From assembly GCA_034658915.1 (NCBI GenBank), contig JAYEGD010000290.1:1-26112 (forward strand): a stretch of DNA of 26,112 nucleotides. The letters run 5' to 3'. The position numbers were made by a program, and so were the translations under genes. The notes beneath the pieces are model-generated. The model searched no databases. It was given only the letters and a program-made list of their open reading frames with translations, and was not told where the DNA came from. Shown here piece after piece: positions 1 to 9,275 of this stretch (its first letter is position 1; each line of letters starts with the position of its first letter). The DNA is from Campylobacterota bacterium (GTDB lineage: Bacteria; Campylobacterota; Campylobacteria; Campylobacterales; Sulfurimonadaceae).

Positions 1-150
1 CTATCCATCATCCCCATTTGCAGGCTCATTTGTAATTTTAGAAGTTATGTTTGGGCAGATATTTTTTGCAGTTGTAATTGCAAAAATAGTCTCTCTAAGC
101 TTAGTTGAGCAATTAAAGAAGTAATAGTGGCACTAAAAATTACCGAAAAA

Positions 151-236
151 TCTCAAAAACGAAAGTTTTTGTAGCTTTAGGGGGTTGTAGGGACAAATTG
201 TCCATGCCACTAAAATGGACGCGTTCATTTTAGTGT
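151..236 (+). repeat. Copy 1 of an ~85-nt three-hairpin repeat element: HP1 caaaaac-gaaa-gtttttg, conserved linker tagctttagggggttg, HP2 tagggacaa-att-gtcc, HP3 cactaaaatg-gacgcgt-cattttagtg
   Basis: Direct alignment with copies at 8201-8288 and 25977-26062; all three stems show compensatory changes between copies; lies immediately 3' of the agcS stop on the minus strand. Confidence 0.8.
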
Positions 237-241
237 GCAAA

Positions 242-1693
242 TCAATGAAGCCTCTTGACCTCTTTGTCCAACTTTCCAGCTTTTAATTTTGCTAAATAGC
301 TATCTAACTCTTTTTTTACGCCTGAGCTTAATATAAAGAGTCCTAAAATGTTTGGCAGTGCCATGGCTAAAATCAGATAAAAACTAAAATCTACCATTAT
401 ATCTGTACTCACAATTGAAGCAATCATAGCTAAACCTAAAAAGATTAACTTGTAAATAAGTGAGTATTTTGAGCCAAAAAGATATACCCATGCACGCTCA
501 CCATAGTATGACCATGAAATCATCGTACTAAATGCAAAAAGCACAATAGATATTGACAAAATAGTAGGAAACCACCAAACAACACTACCATACGCAGCAG
601 CAGTTAATGCAGCTCCTTGTTTAGCAGCGATTAACTCTCCAAAACCATTAATAGGGTCATGGACACCTGTAATTATGATTACAAGTGCAGTCATTGTACA
701 AACAACAACAGTGTCAATAAAAGGCTCATACAGTGCAACCATACCTTGAGAAACTGGATGCTTTACTTTAGCAGGTGCATGAGCAACAGCAGATGAACCA
801 AGCCCAGCTTCACTAGAAAAAACTGCTCGCTGAAACCCTTGAACAATCACTCCAACAATTCCACCCTCAACTGCGTGTGGTGCAAATGCTTCACTAAAAA
901 TCAATCCAAACGCATGAGGAATCAGATCATAGTTTGAACCCAAAATCCATAATGATGCGCCAATGTATATTACAACCATTGATGGGACAACTTTTGCAGT
1001 CACGGTCGCAATTCTCTTTACGCCACCAATAATTACAGCACCCACAATAACTGCTAATCCCATTCCAAATACAAGTGGATTTGTCTCAAAAAAACTCACC
1101 TGTTGTTGTACTACACCTAACGCTTGAGATACTTGAAAGGTGTTTCCACCTCCAATTGCTCCACCAATCATTAAAAATGCGAATACAACTGCTAAAACTT
1201 TTCCAAATTTAGCGTAACCTTTTTGAGCCAAACCCTTTGAGAGGTACTCCATAGGACCACCCATAACAGAGCCATCTTTTAAAAACTCACGATGCTGCAG
1301 TGAGAGAGTAACCTCTGTAAACTTTAGACTCATACCTAAAAAACCAGCAATTATCATCCAAAATGTAGCCCCTGCCCCACCAATTGAGACAGCTAGTGCA
1401 ACACCCGCAATATTTCCAAGCCCAACAGTAGCAGACAGAGCAGTCGTAAGTGCAGCGAAAGGTTCAATTTCGCCTCTATCATCTTTAGTTCTGAAACGCC
1501 CTCTTATAACCTCATAACTATGCTTAAACATTCTAAGGTTAATAAACCTCATCAATATAGTTAAATAGAGACCTCCTAAAATTAGCCATGCTACTAAAAA
1601 TGGAACTTTCATCTCTCCACCAAAACCTAACAAAATGTCAAAAAACAAAATTGCACCTAAAAAATCATTAATACCTATAAACAGTTCATTCAT
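242..1693 (-). CDS. agcS: Sodium:alanine (alanine/glycine:cation) symporter, AGCS family
   Basis: 483-aa polytopic membrane protein; glycine-rich TM segments and overall architecture typical of the AGCS family (recognised from sequence, not a database search). Confidence 0.8.
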   Translation of the reverse strand: MNELFIGINDFLGAILFFDILLGFGGEMKVPFLVAWLILGGLYLTILMRFINLRMFKHSYEVIRGRFRTKDDRGEIEPFAALTTALSATVGLGNIAGVALAVSIGGAGATFWMIIAGFLGMSLKFTEVTLSLQHREFLKDGSVMGGPMEYLSKGLAQKGYAKFGKVLAVVFAFLMIGGAIGGGNTFQVSQALGVVQQQVSFFETNPLVFGMGLAVIVGAVIIGGVKRIATVTAKVVPSMVVIYIGASLWILGSNYDLIPHAFGLIFSEAFAPHAVEGGIVGVIVQGFQRAVFSSEAGLGSSAVAHAPAKVKHPVSQGMVALYEPFIDTVVVCTMTALVIIITGVHDPINGFGELIAAKQGAALTAAAYGSVVWWFPTILSISIVLFAFSTMISWSYYGERAWVYLFGSKYSLIYKLIFLGLAMIASIVSTDIMVDFSFYLILAMALPNILGLFILSSGVKKELDSYLAKLKAGKLDKEVKRLH

Positions 1694-1695
1694 AC

Positions 1696-2592
1696 TTACT
1701 CTCCTGGACCCTTAACTCTTTTGGCTTTTTTAAACAAAATATCACTCGGACTTCTCTTTAACTCTAATACCGTCTCATTAATGTTTAGCGTTAAAGAGCT
1801 CAACTCATCTAAAAGTTCATCAAGTTTATTGATAGAGTTTTGACTAATATCTTTAACACTGTAGTCACCTCTTTTAATGCTCTTCTCTAAAATCTTTGCA
1901 ACTTTTGAGACATTTTTAGACGCTTCGCTCATATCTTCAAATGTAACACTAGCATCTTTTTCAAACTTTTTTCCATCTTCTATTAGTGACTCAATACTAC
2001 TCATATTTGCTTTTAAAGTTGCAGTAATACTTTGAATATTCTCAATAGAAGCATCTATGTTTTCAATGTTTTTACTACTTAATAGCAAATTAATTTTACC
2101 TAATGAATCAATCAATTTATTAGAAATTTCAGATAGCACCTCATCAACTCTAACAAGTGTTGATGGAGTTGATTTTATGTAAGCAATTTTATCTTTACAT
2201 GTAATCAAAGTAGGCGACTTGTTAGAGCCACCATGAAGCTCAATAAATGCCAAACCAGTCATTCCATAAAATTTCAAACTCGCCAACGTATCTTCTTTAA
2301 TAGGCACAGACTCATTTACATGTAAAAGAAGTAAAACCTCTTTAGTGTTTGATGGATTAATCTGCATAGAATCTACACTACCAACATTTACACCCATGTA
2401 CTTAACACTAGCTTGTGGATTAAGACCCGAAACAGACTCACTCATAACAACATAGTAACTTTTTAAACCACTCTCGTCTCCATATTTACTCAACCAAAAA
2501 ATGAAGCCAATTAGTGCAAAACTAATTAAAACAAAAAATGTTCCAACCATCACATATGATGCTCTGCTATCCATTAATGCCTCTCTTTCCAT
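1696..2592 (-). CDS. mlaD: MlaD-like MCE-domain periplasmic substrate-binding component of an Mla-type ABC transporter
   Basis: N-terminal single TM helix followed by an MCE-like domain; in operon with MlaF- and MlaE-like genes; C-terminal coiled region. Confidence 0.7.
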   Translation of the reverse strand: MEREALMDSRASYVMVGTFFVLISFALIGFIFWLSKYGDESGLKSYYVVMSESVSGLNPQASVKYMGVNVGSVDSMQINPSNTKEVLLLLHVNESVPIKEDTLASLKFYGMTGLAFIELHGGSNKSPTLITCKDKIAYIKSTPSTLVRVDEVLSEISNKLIDSLGKINLLLSSKNIENIDASIENIQSITATLKANMSSIESLIEDGKKFEKDASVTFEDMSEASKNVSKVAKILEKSIKRGDYSVKDISQNSINKLDELLDELSSLTLNINETVLELKRSPSDILFKKAKRVKGPGE

Positions 2593-3319
2593 AAAAAAAA
2601 CTTTTTATTATAGGATGATTACACTTCATAACCTCTTGCAAAGTTCCTTGCGCAACCACTCTAGCCTCTGCTAAAAGTGCAAACCTATCTACACTATTTT
2701 TAATTGAGTCTAAGTCGTGAGTAATCATAACAATACTCAATCCCAGCAAATCTCTCAACTCTACAATAAGTTCATCAAACATATTAGCACTTATGGGGTC
2801 TAACCCTGATGTTGGCTCATCTAAAAAAAGAAGCTGAGGATCCATGCTTAAAGCTCTAGCTAACCCTGCTCTTTTTTTCATTCCACCACTCAACTGCGCT
2901 GGATGCATACTCTTTACATGTAGAGGAAGTCCTACTAAATCAAGTTTTGCATCTACAATTTTATCTATTAAAGAGTTCTCAATATTTGTGTACTCTTTTA
3001 GTGGGAGTGCAATATTTTGTGCAACATTTAAAGATGAATAGAGCGCACCTGATTGAAACAAAACTCCCCAATTTCTTCTTAAAAAATCGCCATCACTAAT
3101 GCTAATGTTTGAGAGTTTTTTACCTAAAATTGTAATGTTGCCACTGCTGGGTTTTTGCAACATTATCATCTCTCTTAGAAGTGTAGATTTACCACTTCCA
3201 CTTCCACCCAGCAGTGCATAAATTTCGCCTCTATTCACACTCAAGCTAAGACCATTATGAACTACATTTTCACCAAATGATGTAACAATATTTTGAACAT
3301 CAACTACAACTTCACTCAT
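2567..3319 (-). CDS. mlaF: ABC transporter ATP-binding protein (MlaF-like)
   Basis: Walker A GGSGSGKSTLLR, ABC signature LSGGMKKRAGLARAL, Walker B LLFLDEPTSGLD. Confidence 0.9.
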   Translation of the reverse strand: MSEVVVDVQNIVTSFGENVVHNGLSLSVNRGEIYALLGGSGSGKSTLLREMIMLQKPSSGNITILGKKLSNISISDGDFLRRNWGVLFQSGALYSSLNVAQNIALPLKEYTNIENSLIDKIVDAKLDLVGLPLHVKSMHPAQLSGGMKKRAGLARALSMDPQLLFLDEPTSGLDPISANMFDELIVELRDLLGLSIVMITHDLDSIKNSVDRFALLAEARVVAQGTLQEVMKCNHPIIKSFFYGKRGING

Positions 3320-4431
3320 AAATTCAACTTCGTTAAAATAACTGAAAAAATAGCGTCACACAAAATAACTAAAAAAATTGAATTAACAACGCTAATGGTA
3401 GTGTAACGCCCAATACTCTCACTACTAGAAGATACTTGAAATCCTCTAAAACAGCTAATGGAAGCAATTAGTAGTGCAAAAAATGGTGCTTTAATTAACC
3501 CAATGTAAAAGTGTCTAATATTTAAAACATCTTGAGTTCTATCTAAAAACTCACTAAAAGTGATGTTTAGTTGTGCCTTTGCAACAACCATACCGCCAAA
3601 TATTCCGACAATATCTGCAACAAAAATAAGCAACACCATAGCAACCATAAGTGCAATAATACGAGGAAGAACTAAAAATCTGTACGGATTAAACCCCATA
3701 GCTTTCATAGCATCAATCTCTTCAGTTAGCTTCATAACGCCCAACTGAGCTGTGTAAGCTGAACCACTTCTTCCAGCTACAACCACCGCAGTCATAAGAG
3801 GTGCCAACTCTCTTGTTAAAGAGATAGTTATCATATCTACAACAAACATATTGGCGCCTAGTTTCTCTAACTGAACTGCACCTTGAAATGTTGTTACAAC
3901 ACCAATTAAGAATGATGTAACAAAAATGATGGGAAGTGCTTTTACTCCTGCGTCTTGAATGTGTCTAAAAATGGAGTTAAATCTTATGGAGCTAGGGTGT
4001 AAAATGTAGTAGATGAGCGCAAAAACACTCTCCCCAGTAAAGTTTAAAAAAAGTTTTAACTCATCTTTAATACCTACAAGATATTTGCCAATATAGTAAA
4101 ATAGGCTCTCTTTTTTAGTTACCTTAACTTCACTATTTTGCACACTGCTTAGTAGCTTGTAAAGCTCTAAATGTCTCTTTGTAGCACCCTTTACATGTAG
4201 TGCAATATTTGCTTTTTTCAATCTCTCATAAAACTCAATAAAAAGTAAAATAGATGAAGAGTCAAACTCCTTTACATCTTCTACATGTAGAACTACCTCT
4301 TTGATGTTTTTGAGTGAAATCTTTTTCAACTCTTTAGAGATTTCTCCCACTCTTTGTACTTTACAATTATCACTAACACTAATGTTAAGTCTCTCATCTT
4401 CTACATGTAGAGTAATCAATTTTACTTCCAC
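3316..4431 (-). CDS. mlaE: MlaE-like ABC permease with an N-terminal ~110-aa STAS/MlaB-like extension
   Basis: C-terminal ~260 aa polytopic permease typical of MlaE; N-terminal soluble region with an internal LHVED duplication; start overlaps the upstream gene. Confidence 0.7.
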   Translation of the reverse strand: MEVKLITLHVEDERLNISVSDNCKVQRVGEISKELKKISLKNIKEVVLHVEDVKEFDSSSILLFIEFYERLKKANIALHVKGATKRHLELYKLLSSVQNSEVKVTKKESLFYYIGKYLVGIKDELKLFLNFTGESVFALIYYILHPSSIRFNSIFRHIQDAGVKALPIIFVTSFLIGVVTTFQGAVQLEKLGANMFVVDMITISLTRELAPLMTAVVVAGRSGSAYTAQLGVMKLTEEIDAMKAMGFNPYRFLVLPRIIALMVAMVLLIFVADIVGIFGGMVVAKAQLNITFSEFLDRTQDVLNIRHFYIGLIKAPFFALLIASISCFRGFQVSSSSESIGRYTTISVVNSIFLVILCDAIFSVILTKLNL

Positions 4432-5675
4432 ATAGAGTTATTAATAAGTAAATGATACGCCAAATTTTTAAAAAATTTTCCAAAAGAGACAGATGTAAGC
4501 TTCTCAGTATTAATAGTAAAATTCAGACAAACAACATCTTGACTCACACACTGCGCACTATATGGTACAGCTGAGTTAAAAACTGCATATGCATCTACAA
4601 CAAACTCATTTGCACCAATATATTTTTCAATATCACGGCTAAAAAGCCTCACTTCACCAGAGATAAGCAGCAAAAGATGAGAGAAGTTTGTATCTTCAAC
4701 AACAATAAAATCTCCAGATCTATATTTTTTAAAAATTGCACTCTCTATGGAGTTCTCTAAATTCTTCTCATTAATATCTAAAAAGAGTCTCAACTTTTTT
4801 TGTAAAATAACCTTTGTAGGAGTAGTTGAAGCTACACTACTTTGTGCTAAATGTCTATCTGATGCATGTTTAAAGCAGTACTCTTTAGCTCCATTAATTC
4901 TCATTTTAAGAGCGTCATCAACAACAATTTTTGTAACAATATTTTTTGAGTAATACTCTAAAAATTTACAAATATTAAGTTCACCTCTAACACCAGAACG
5001 CAATAAAAAGTTCTCTATTAATTTAGAAGATTTTGCACGAGAAAACATCTCTTTATTGTACTCATAAGCATAAGTGTCTAAAATTTGAAAAAACTTACTC
5101 TCAATAGAGGATTTAATCTCCTCAAAAATATCAAAAAAAGCCCCTTTATGGTAATCATAAAAGTTATTTACATATTTAACAAGCTCTTTAATTGATTTGT
5201 CTAAAATATCCCTTTTATCAAGCACGTCGGCGTGTCGTGTGCGAAGATATTTTATGTTCTCTTCATTAGGATTTTGAATTTTTTTGTAAAGAGCATCTTC
5301 TTGTTTGTTTAACTCAATAAGTTCAAACTCTTCAGCTTCAAGCAACTCCACTTTGTCCATAAAGCTCTCTTGCTTTTTTAAAAAACTGTTTTCATAAAGG
5401 GTAAGAGAGTTTTTTGAACGCATTTTAAAGTTAAAATATTTGTCATAAATAGAGTTTAACTTAACAAAGGAGTCCTCTAACTCTTGAGTAATAATTCGCT
5501 CATCAATATTACGAAACAGCCCAGTTGCAGAACTTATGAGGTCTTTAAAAATAATATAGTGAAAATCTTCATCTGCTGAAGCAATACGTTCAAAAGAGTA
5601 GCTATCACTTACTAAAATATCATCTTTAAAATAGGTTACTATACTCTGCTTGTACTGTGAGGTTAACTTTGTCAT
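4422..5675 (-). CDS. Cyclic-nucleotide-binding-domain protein (C-terminal cNMP-binding/Crp-like domain)
   Basis: C-terminal segment GDFIVVEDTNFSHLLLLISGEVRLFS resembles a cNMP-binding beta-roll. The track ORF extends to 5801 but those codons overlap the tRNA, so the start was moved to the first Met after the tRNA (MTKLTSQYK). Confidence 0.5.
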   Translation of the reverse strand: MTKLTSQYKQSIVTYFKDDILVSDSYSFERIASADEDFHYIIFKDLISSATGLFRNIDERIITQELEDSFVKLNSIYDKYFNFKMRSKNSLTLYENSFLKKQESFMDKVELLEAEEFELIELNKQEDALYKKIQNPNEENIKYLRTRHADVLDKRDILDKSIKELVKYVNNFYDYHKGAFFDIFEEIKSSIESKFFQILDTYAYEYNKEMFSRAKSSKLIENFLLRSGVRGELNICKFLEYYSKNIVTKIVVDDALKMRINGAKEYCFKHASDRHLAQSSVASTTPTKVILQKKLRLFLDINEKNLENSIESAIFKKYRSGDFIVVEDTNFSHLLLLISGEVRLFSRDIEKYIGANEFVVDAYAVFNSAVPYSAQCVSQDVVCLNFTINTEKLTSVSFGKFFKNLAYHLLINNSMWK

Positions 5676-5748
5676 AAACAGTATAGTACCAAAAAAAGTG
5701 TTAAAATATGAGGAGTTAAAGGATAAAGTATATAAAAAAGTAGTATGA

Positions 5749-5823
5749 TGGTGCTCAATACTGGACTTGAACCAGTGACTTTTTCCTTGTCGAGGAAACA
5801 CTCTACCACTGAGTTAATCGAGC
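5749..5823 (-). tRNA. tRNA-Val (anticodon GAC), 75 nt including encoded CCA
   Basis: Manual cloverleaf: acceptor GCTCGAT/ATTGAGC (one G-U), D-stem ACTC/GAGT with AGTGGTA loop, anticodon stem TTTCC/GGAAA with loop TCGACAA, T-arm ACTGG-TTCAAGT-CCAGT, 3' ACCA. Position 33 is C rather than the usual U. Confidence 0.7.
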
Positions 5824-5844
5824 TGCTTTTTAAAAGAGCTGGAA

Positions 5845-5876
5845 TTATAGCAAAAGAACTATAAAACCATCTTTAT
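5845..5876 (+). repeat. Left copy of a perfect 32-bp direct repeat ttatagcaaaagaactataaaaccatctttat (candidate attL)
   Basis: Identical to 9909-9940; 21 nt upstream of the tRNA-Val 5' end. Confidence 0.9.
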
Positions 5877-5928
5877 ATCCACTTTTATGATATTTGACAT
5901 ACTTTTTTATCTCCTTGAAATTTTATTA

Positions 5929-5934
5929 TATAAT
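5929..5934 (+). promoter_or_regulatory. Candidate sigma70-type -10 box (tataat) for the R-M operon
   Basis: TATAAT about 35 nt upstream of the first ATG of the 5970 ORF, in an AT-rich periodic-T region typical of epsilonproteobacterial promoters; TTGACA at 5894-5899 is too far away to serve as its -35. Confidence 0.3.
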
Positions 5935-5969
5935 TCAAAAAATATTCAGATAAATATTCATACTAATAA

Positions 5970-6962
5970 ATGGAACATATAATGAAAAAAGAATCTACTC
6001 AAACAAAGGATGGGAAAGCATTTGAATATTCTATTCTAAAAGAATTTAAAGAAAAACTAGGAAGTTCAACGACAGTAGAGGTTTTAGAAAACAATGCATT
6101 ATTAACAGCACAAAAACACTTTAATTCTTTTAAAAAAATAGAACAAGCAGAATTTCTACTTTATGCAAGTTTTGCAGTTAACTTTTTAATTGATATAGAA
6201 CCAAGATTATCTAACAGCTTTGATGAAGATGATATTTTACAATTAGAAATATTAACATATGACAAGGGACAAGATGGTGATGTGAGAGATGTTGTTGCTA
6301 TAAGATTATTACAAAAATGGGAAATAGGGATTTCAGCTAAAAATAATCATAAAGCTATAAAACACTCAAGACTTTCTAATAAAATAGATTTTGGAGAAAA
6401 ATGGCTTGGAATAAAATCATCAACACAATATTTCGATGAAATAAGACCAATATTTAACTCTCTTGAAAAAATGAGAACAGAAAGTAATAAAACTAAAACT
6501 TGGAAATCTTTAGGCGATTATCATCATACAGTATATATTCCTATATTAGAAGCCTTTAAAACAGAATTATTAAGAATATATAATACAAACCCTTCTCAAG
6601 TTGCTTCTACTTTAGTAGAGTATCTAATAGGAACTAAAGATTTTTATAAAGTAATTAAAAGTAGAAACAATATTGAAATTCAAGCATATAATTTGCACGG
6701 CACTTTAAATTTACCTTTTAAAGATATTAATCCTAAATTTAATACACCAAAAGTTAATTTACCAACTGAAATTACCAACATATCGTATAAAAAAGACACA
6801 CTAACAACTTTAATCGTTGAATTAAATAACGATTGGACACTATCTTTTCGAATTCATAATGCAAGTTCTAGAATTGAACCATCATTAAAATTTGATATAA
6901 ATTTACTAAAAGCACCTAATTCATTATTTACCAATAAACTTTCTATTGGAGGAGAAGAGTAA
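5970..6962 (+). CDS. Putative Type II restriction endonuclease, cognate partner of the downstream m5C methyltransferase
   Basis: 330-aa ORF whose stop overlaps the methyltransferase ATG by 1 nt (gagtaATGaat), with a GGAGGA ribosome-binding site for the downstream gene inside its 3' end; no recognisable family motifs beyond a possible D..E.K-like patch (DVRDVVAI...EIGISAK); assignment rests on position. Confidence 0.5.
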   Translation: MEHIMKKESTQTKDGKAFEYSILKEFKEKLGSSTTVEVLENNALLTAQKHFNSFKKIEQAEFLLYASFAVNFLIDIEPRLSNSFDEDDILQLEILTYDKGQDGDVRDVVAIRLLQKWEIGISAKNNHKAIKHSRLSNKIDFGEKWLGIKSSTQYFDEIRPIFNSLEKMRTESNKTKTWKSLGDYHHTVYIPILEAFKTELLRIYNTNPSQVASTLVEYLIGTKDFYKVIKSRNNIEIQAYNLHGTLNLPFKDINPKFNTPKVNLPTEITNISYKKDTLTTLIVELNNDWTLSFRIHNASSRIEPSLKFDINLLKAPNSLFTNKLSIGGEE

Positions 6963-8047
6963 TGAATATAATATCTCTGTTTTCTGGTGCTGGAGGATTG
7001 GATTTAGGTTTTGAAAAAGCAGGTTTTAAAACTATTTGGGCGAATGAATATGACAAAGAAATTTGGCAAACATTTGAAAAAAATTTTCCTGATACCATTT
7101 TAGATAGAAGAAGTATATCAAAAATAGCATCAGATGAAATACCAGAAACATTAGGACTTATCGGTGGACCTCCATGTCAAAGTTGGAGTGAAGCAGGAAA
7201 ATCAAGAGGGATAGAAGACCATAGGGGACAACTATTTTTTGAGTTTATAAGAGTTTTAAGAGATAAAAAACCTCTATTTTTCTTAGCTGAAAATGTTTCA
7301 GGAATGTTAGCTCCAAGACATGAAGATGCATTGGAAAATATAAAAAACCACTTTATCGATAGTGGATACACTTTATCGTTTAAACTCATGAATGCTCATG
7401 ATTATAAAGTGCCTCAAGATAGAAAAAGGATATTTTTTATTGGATTTAGAAATGACCTAAATATCACTTTTAAATTTCCAAAAGAGTTTGAAAAAAAACG
7501 ATTTTTAAAAGATGTTATTTCTGATTTAAAAGATAATGTACTTCCTGCTAAAGAAAAAAATTATACAAATGCTGATAAGTGCAAAATAGAAAATCATGAA
7601 TTTATGATTGGTGGATTTTCATCAATGTTTATGTCTAGAAATCGAGTTAGAGGTTGGGATGAACCATCATTTACAATTCAAGCGGGTGGAAGACATGCAC
7701 CACTACATCCACAAGCACCTAAGATGCAACTTGTAGAGCAAAATAAAAGAATATTTGTTCCACATAGTGAACATCTGTATAGAAGACTTAGTGTTAGAGA
7801 GTGTGCTAGAATACAAACATTCCCAGATAGTCATAAATTCTATTATAAAAATGTGACTGCTGGATATAAAATGGTTGGTAATGCTGTACCTCCTAACCTC
7901 GCATACTACTTAGCAAAAAAAATAATTGAAGACTTACAAAGTATTCATCCTAACAAAACAGTGGAACTCACAAATATACCTATCGCTGGTAATTCTAATT
8001 ATTACGAAAATAGCTATATTCCTGAAATTCAAGCTGTGTCAGGCTAG
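6962..8047 (+). CDS. DNA (cytosine-5)-methyltransferase, M.HaeIII-like (predicted GGCC specificity)
   Basis: Motif I FSGAGGLDLGF, motif IV GGPPCQSWSEAG, motif VI ENV, C-terminal GNAVPPNLA. From memory the sequence is near-collinear with M.HaeIII (MNLISLFSGAGGLDLGF...GGPPCQSWSEGG...FMSRNRVR.W.EP.FT.QA.GR...LHPQAP...HLYRRL.VRECAR.Q.FPD...GYKM.GNAVP.NLAY). Confidence 0.9.
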   Translation: MNIISLFSGAGGLDLGFEKAGFKTIWANEYDKEIWQTFEKNFPDTILDRRSISKIASDEIPETLGLIGGPPCQSWSEAGKSRGIEDHRGQLFFEFIRVLRDKKPLFFLAENVSGMLAPRHEDALENIKNHFIDSGYTLSFKLMNAHDYKVPQDRKRIFFIGFRNDLNITFKFPKEFEKKRFLKDVISDLKDNVLPAKEKNYTNADKCKIENHEFMIGGFSSMFMSRNRVRGWDEPSFTIQAGGRHAPLHPQAPKMQLVEQNKRIFVPHSEHLYRRLSVRECARIQTFPDSHKFYYKNVTAGYKMVGNAVPPNLAYYLAKKIIEDLQSIHPNKTVELTNIPIAGNSNYYENSYIPEIQAVSG

Positions 8048-8200
8048 AAGGTACATTTGTAGTTCAACACAACCGTTATGTTCACACCAAGAAAATCAAT
8101 GAGAGAATCATTTAAAAGTAAAATTATAGAAGTTTGCAATAAGAAAATTGAAACTAGAGGTTCAAATGTTTCATAAAAAGCATATAGAAGAACATTTTAT

Positions 8201-8288
8201 CTCTCGAAAACATTGTTTTCGTAGCTTTAAGGGGTGGTAGGGACAAAATTGTCCCTACTACTAAAACGGACGGAGGCGTTTTAGTGCA
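8201..8288 (+). repeat. Copy 2 of the three-hairpin repeat element: HP1 cgaaaac-att-gttttcg, HP2 gtagggacaa-aa-ttgtccctac (perfect), HP3 actaaaacg-gacggagg-cgttttagt
   Basis: Aligns with copies 1 and 3; aaatg/cattt in other copies becomes aaacg/cgttt here (compensatory); sits between the convergent 3' ends of the methyltransferase and the HExxH gene. Confidence 0.8.
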
Positions 8289-8308
8289 TAACATCAGTTA
8301 TTAAATCT

Positions 8309-9259
8309 CTAAGCTTGATTTACGTTAGCATTATGTAAAGCATCATCAAGCTCTTGATCAGAAATCTTTTTCCATGTACTTAAGTCAATTCCAAGTGTAA
8401 CATCTCTTCTTAAATATTTAGCATTCTCTTTTTCTTGGTGTTCTAGTAACTCTAGCACATCCTTGATATCAATCATAGCACCATCATTTCTTGGCATAAC
8501 TCCATAATCTGCTGGGTCGCTAAAGTCTCCTGTTAGGGCTCTGATTAATGTATCACTCTCTACAATATTGAAGTCATTAATAGCCTCATTTATATCAACT
8601 TTTATTCCCATCTCATCGAGTAATTTCAGTTGAGTTCTGAATGCTACATCTTCCCACTCTACCGCTCTTTGAGCGTTTAATAAAGACAAACCAGAATAGA
8701 TTTTTTTATCATTTTTGTTGTATGGATTCTTAATATCAAAAGATAAAGCACCAAACCTCTTGCTATCTCCATATCGTGACTGCATAAGAGTTTCTGTGAG
8801 CGCATGAGCTAGTTCATGAACTCCTCTCCATACTTTTGTATATTCTACATCATTAAATGCACCATGAGCAGAGTAAGGGTCATAAACAAAAATATTACCT
8901 TTTGCATAGCCATTCTTTTTAAGGCTTCTACTAGATGGCTGTTTAATTATTGTCTTCTCTCCAATTTTTCTACCAATATTGTCTGGATTCGTAGAAATAT
9001 ATTCAATATTGTATCCATACTTTTTAGCTAATTCATCTATGTAGTTTGGATTTTCAACCAGCTTACTTAATACGATAGACTTTAGCATATCAGCACTATT
9101 TTTGTTTGAGAACATCTCAAAAGTTCTACTAAATATAGCTTTGCACAAAGTATCAAAAGATTTTTTATCTCCCTGAGATGCCTTTTGTACAAGTTCAGCA
9201 GGCGCAGCAGATGTATTTATATGATGGCTAGTTGCATTAGTGTCGTTTGCTTTATTCAT
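8309..9259 (-). CDS. HExxH zinc-metalloprotease-like protein
   Basis: 316 aa with a single HELAH motif at residues 148-152 (WRGVHELAHALTE); GGAG ribosome-binding site; family not assignable from memory. Confidence 0.5.
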   Translation of the reverse strand: MNKANDTNATSHHINTSAAPAELVQKASQGDKKSFDTLCKAIFSRTFEMFSNKNSADMLKSIVLSKLVENPNYIDELAKKYGYNIEYISTNPDNIGRKIGEKTIIKQPSSRSLKKNGYAKGNIFVYDPYSAHGAFNDVEYTKVWRGVHELAHALTETLMQSRYGDSKRFGALSFDIKNPYNKNDKKIYSGLSLLNAQRAVEWEDVAFRTQLKLLDEMGIKVDINEAINDFNIVESDTLIRALTGDFSDPADYGVMPRNDGAMIDIKDVLELLEHQEKENAKYLRRDVTLGIDLSTWKKISDQELDDALHNANVNQA

Positions 9260-9275
9260 ATTGGCTCCAAAAGTG

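Noticed and set aside
4422-5801. Full-length track ORF (459 aa) with the N-terminus MFPRQGKSHWFKSSIEHHHTTF
   Set aside because: Its first ~18 codons are the reverse complement of the tRNA-Val gene (5749-5823). The start was moved to the first Met after the tRNA (5675); the true start remains uncertain.
5894-5899. TTGACA as the -35 element of the R-M promoter
   Set aside because: It is 29 nt from the only good -10 hexamer (5929-5934), so the spacing is incompatible. Likely fortuitous.
8079-8174. 31-aa plus-strand ORF (MFTPRKSMRESFKSKIIEVCNKKIETRGSNVS) downstream of the methyltransferase
   Set aside because: No ribosome-binding site, no motif, and too short to support. Possibly a remnant; not called.
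151-8288. Copies 1 and 2 of the hairpin element as attC-like sites or as boundaries of an 8-kb mobile unit
   Set aside because: No R''/R' GTTRRRY core or extrahelical bases typical of attC; the stems are simple perfect hairpins. No integron integrase is present. Pairing of the copies as island ends is not supported by anything else.
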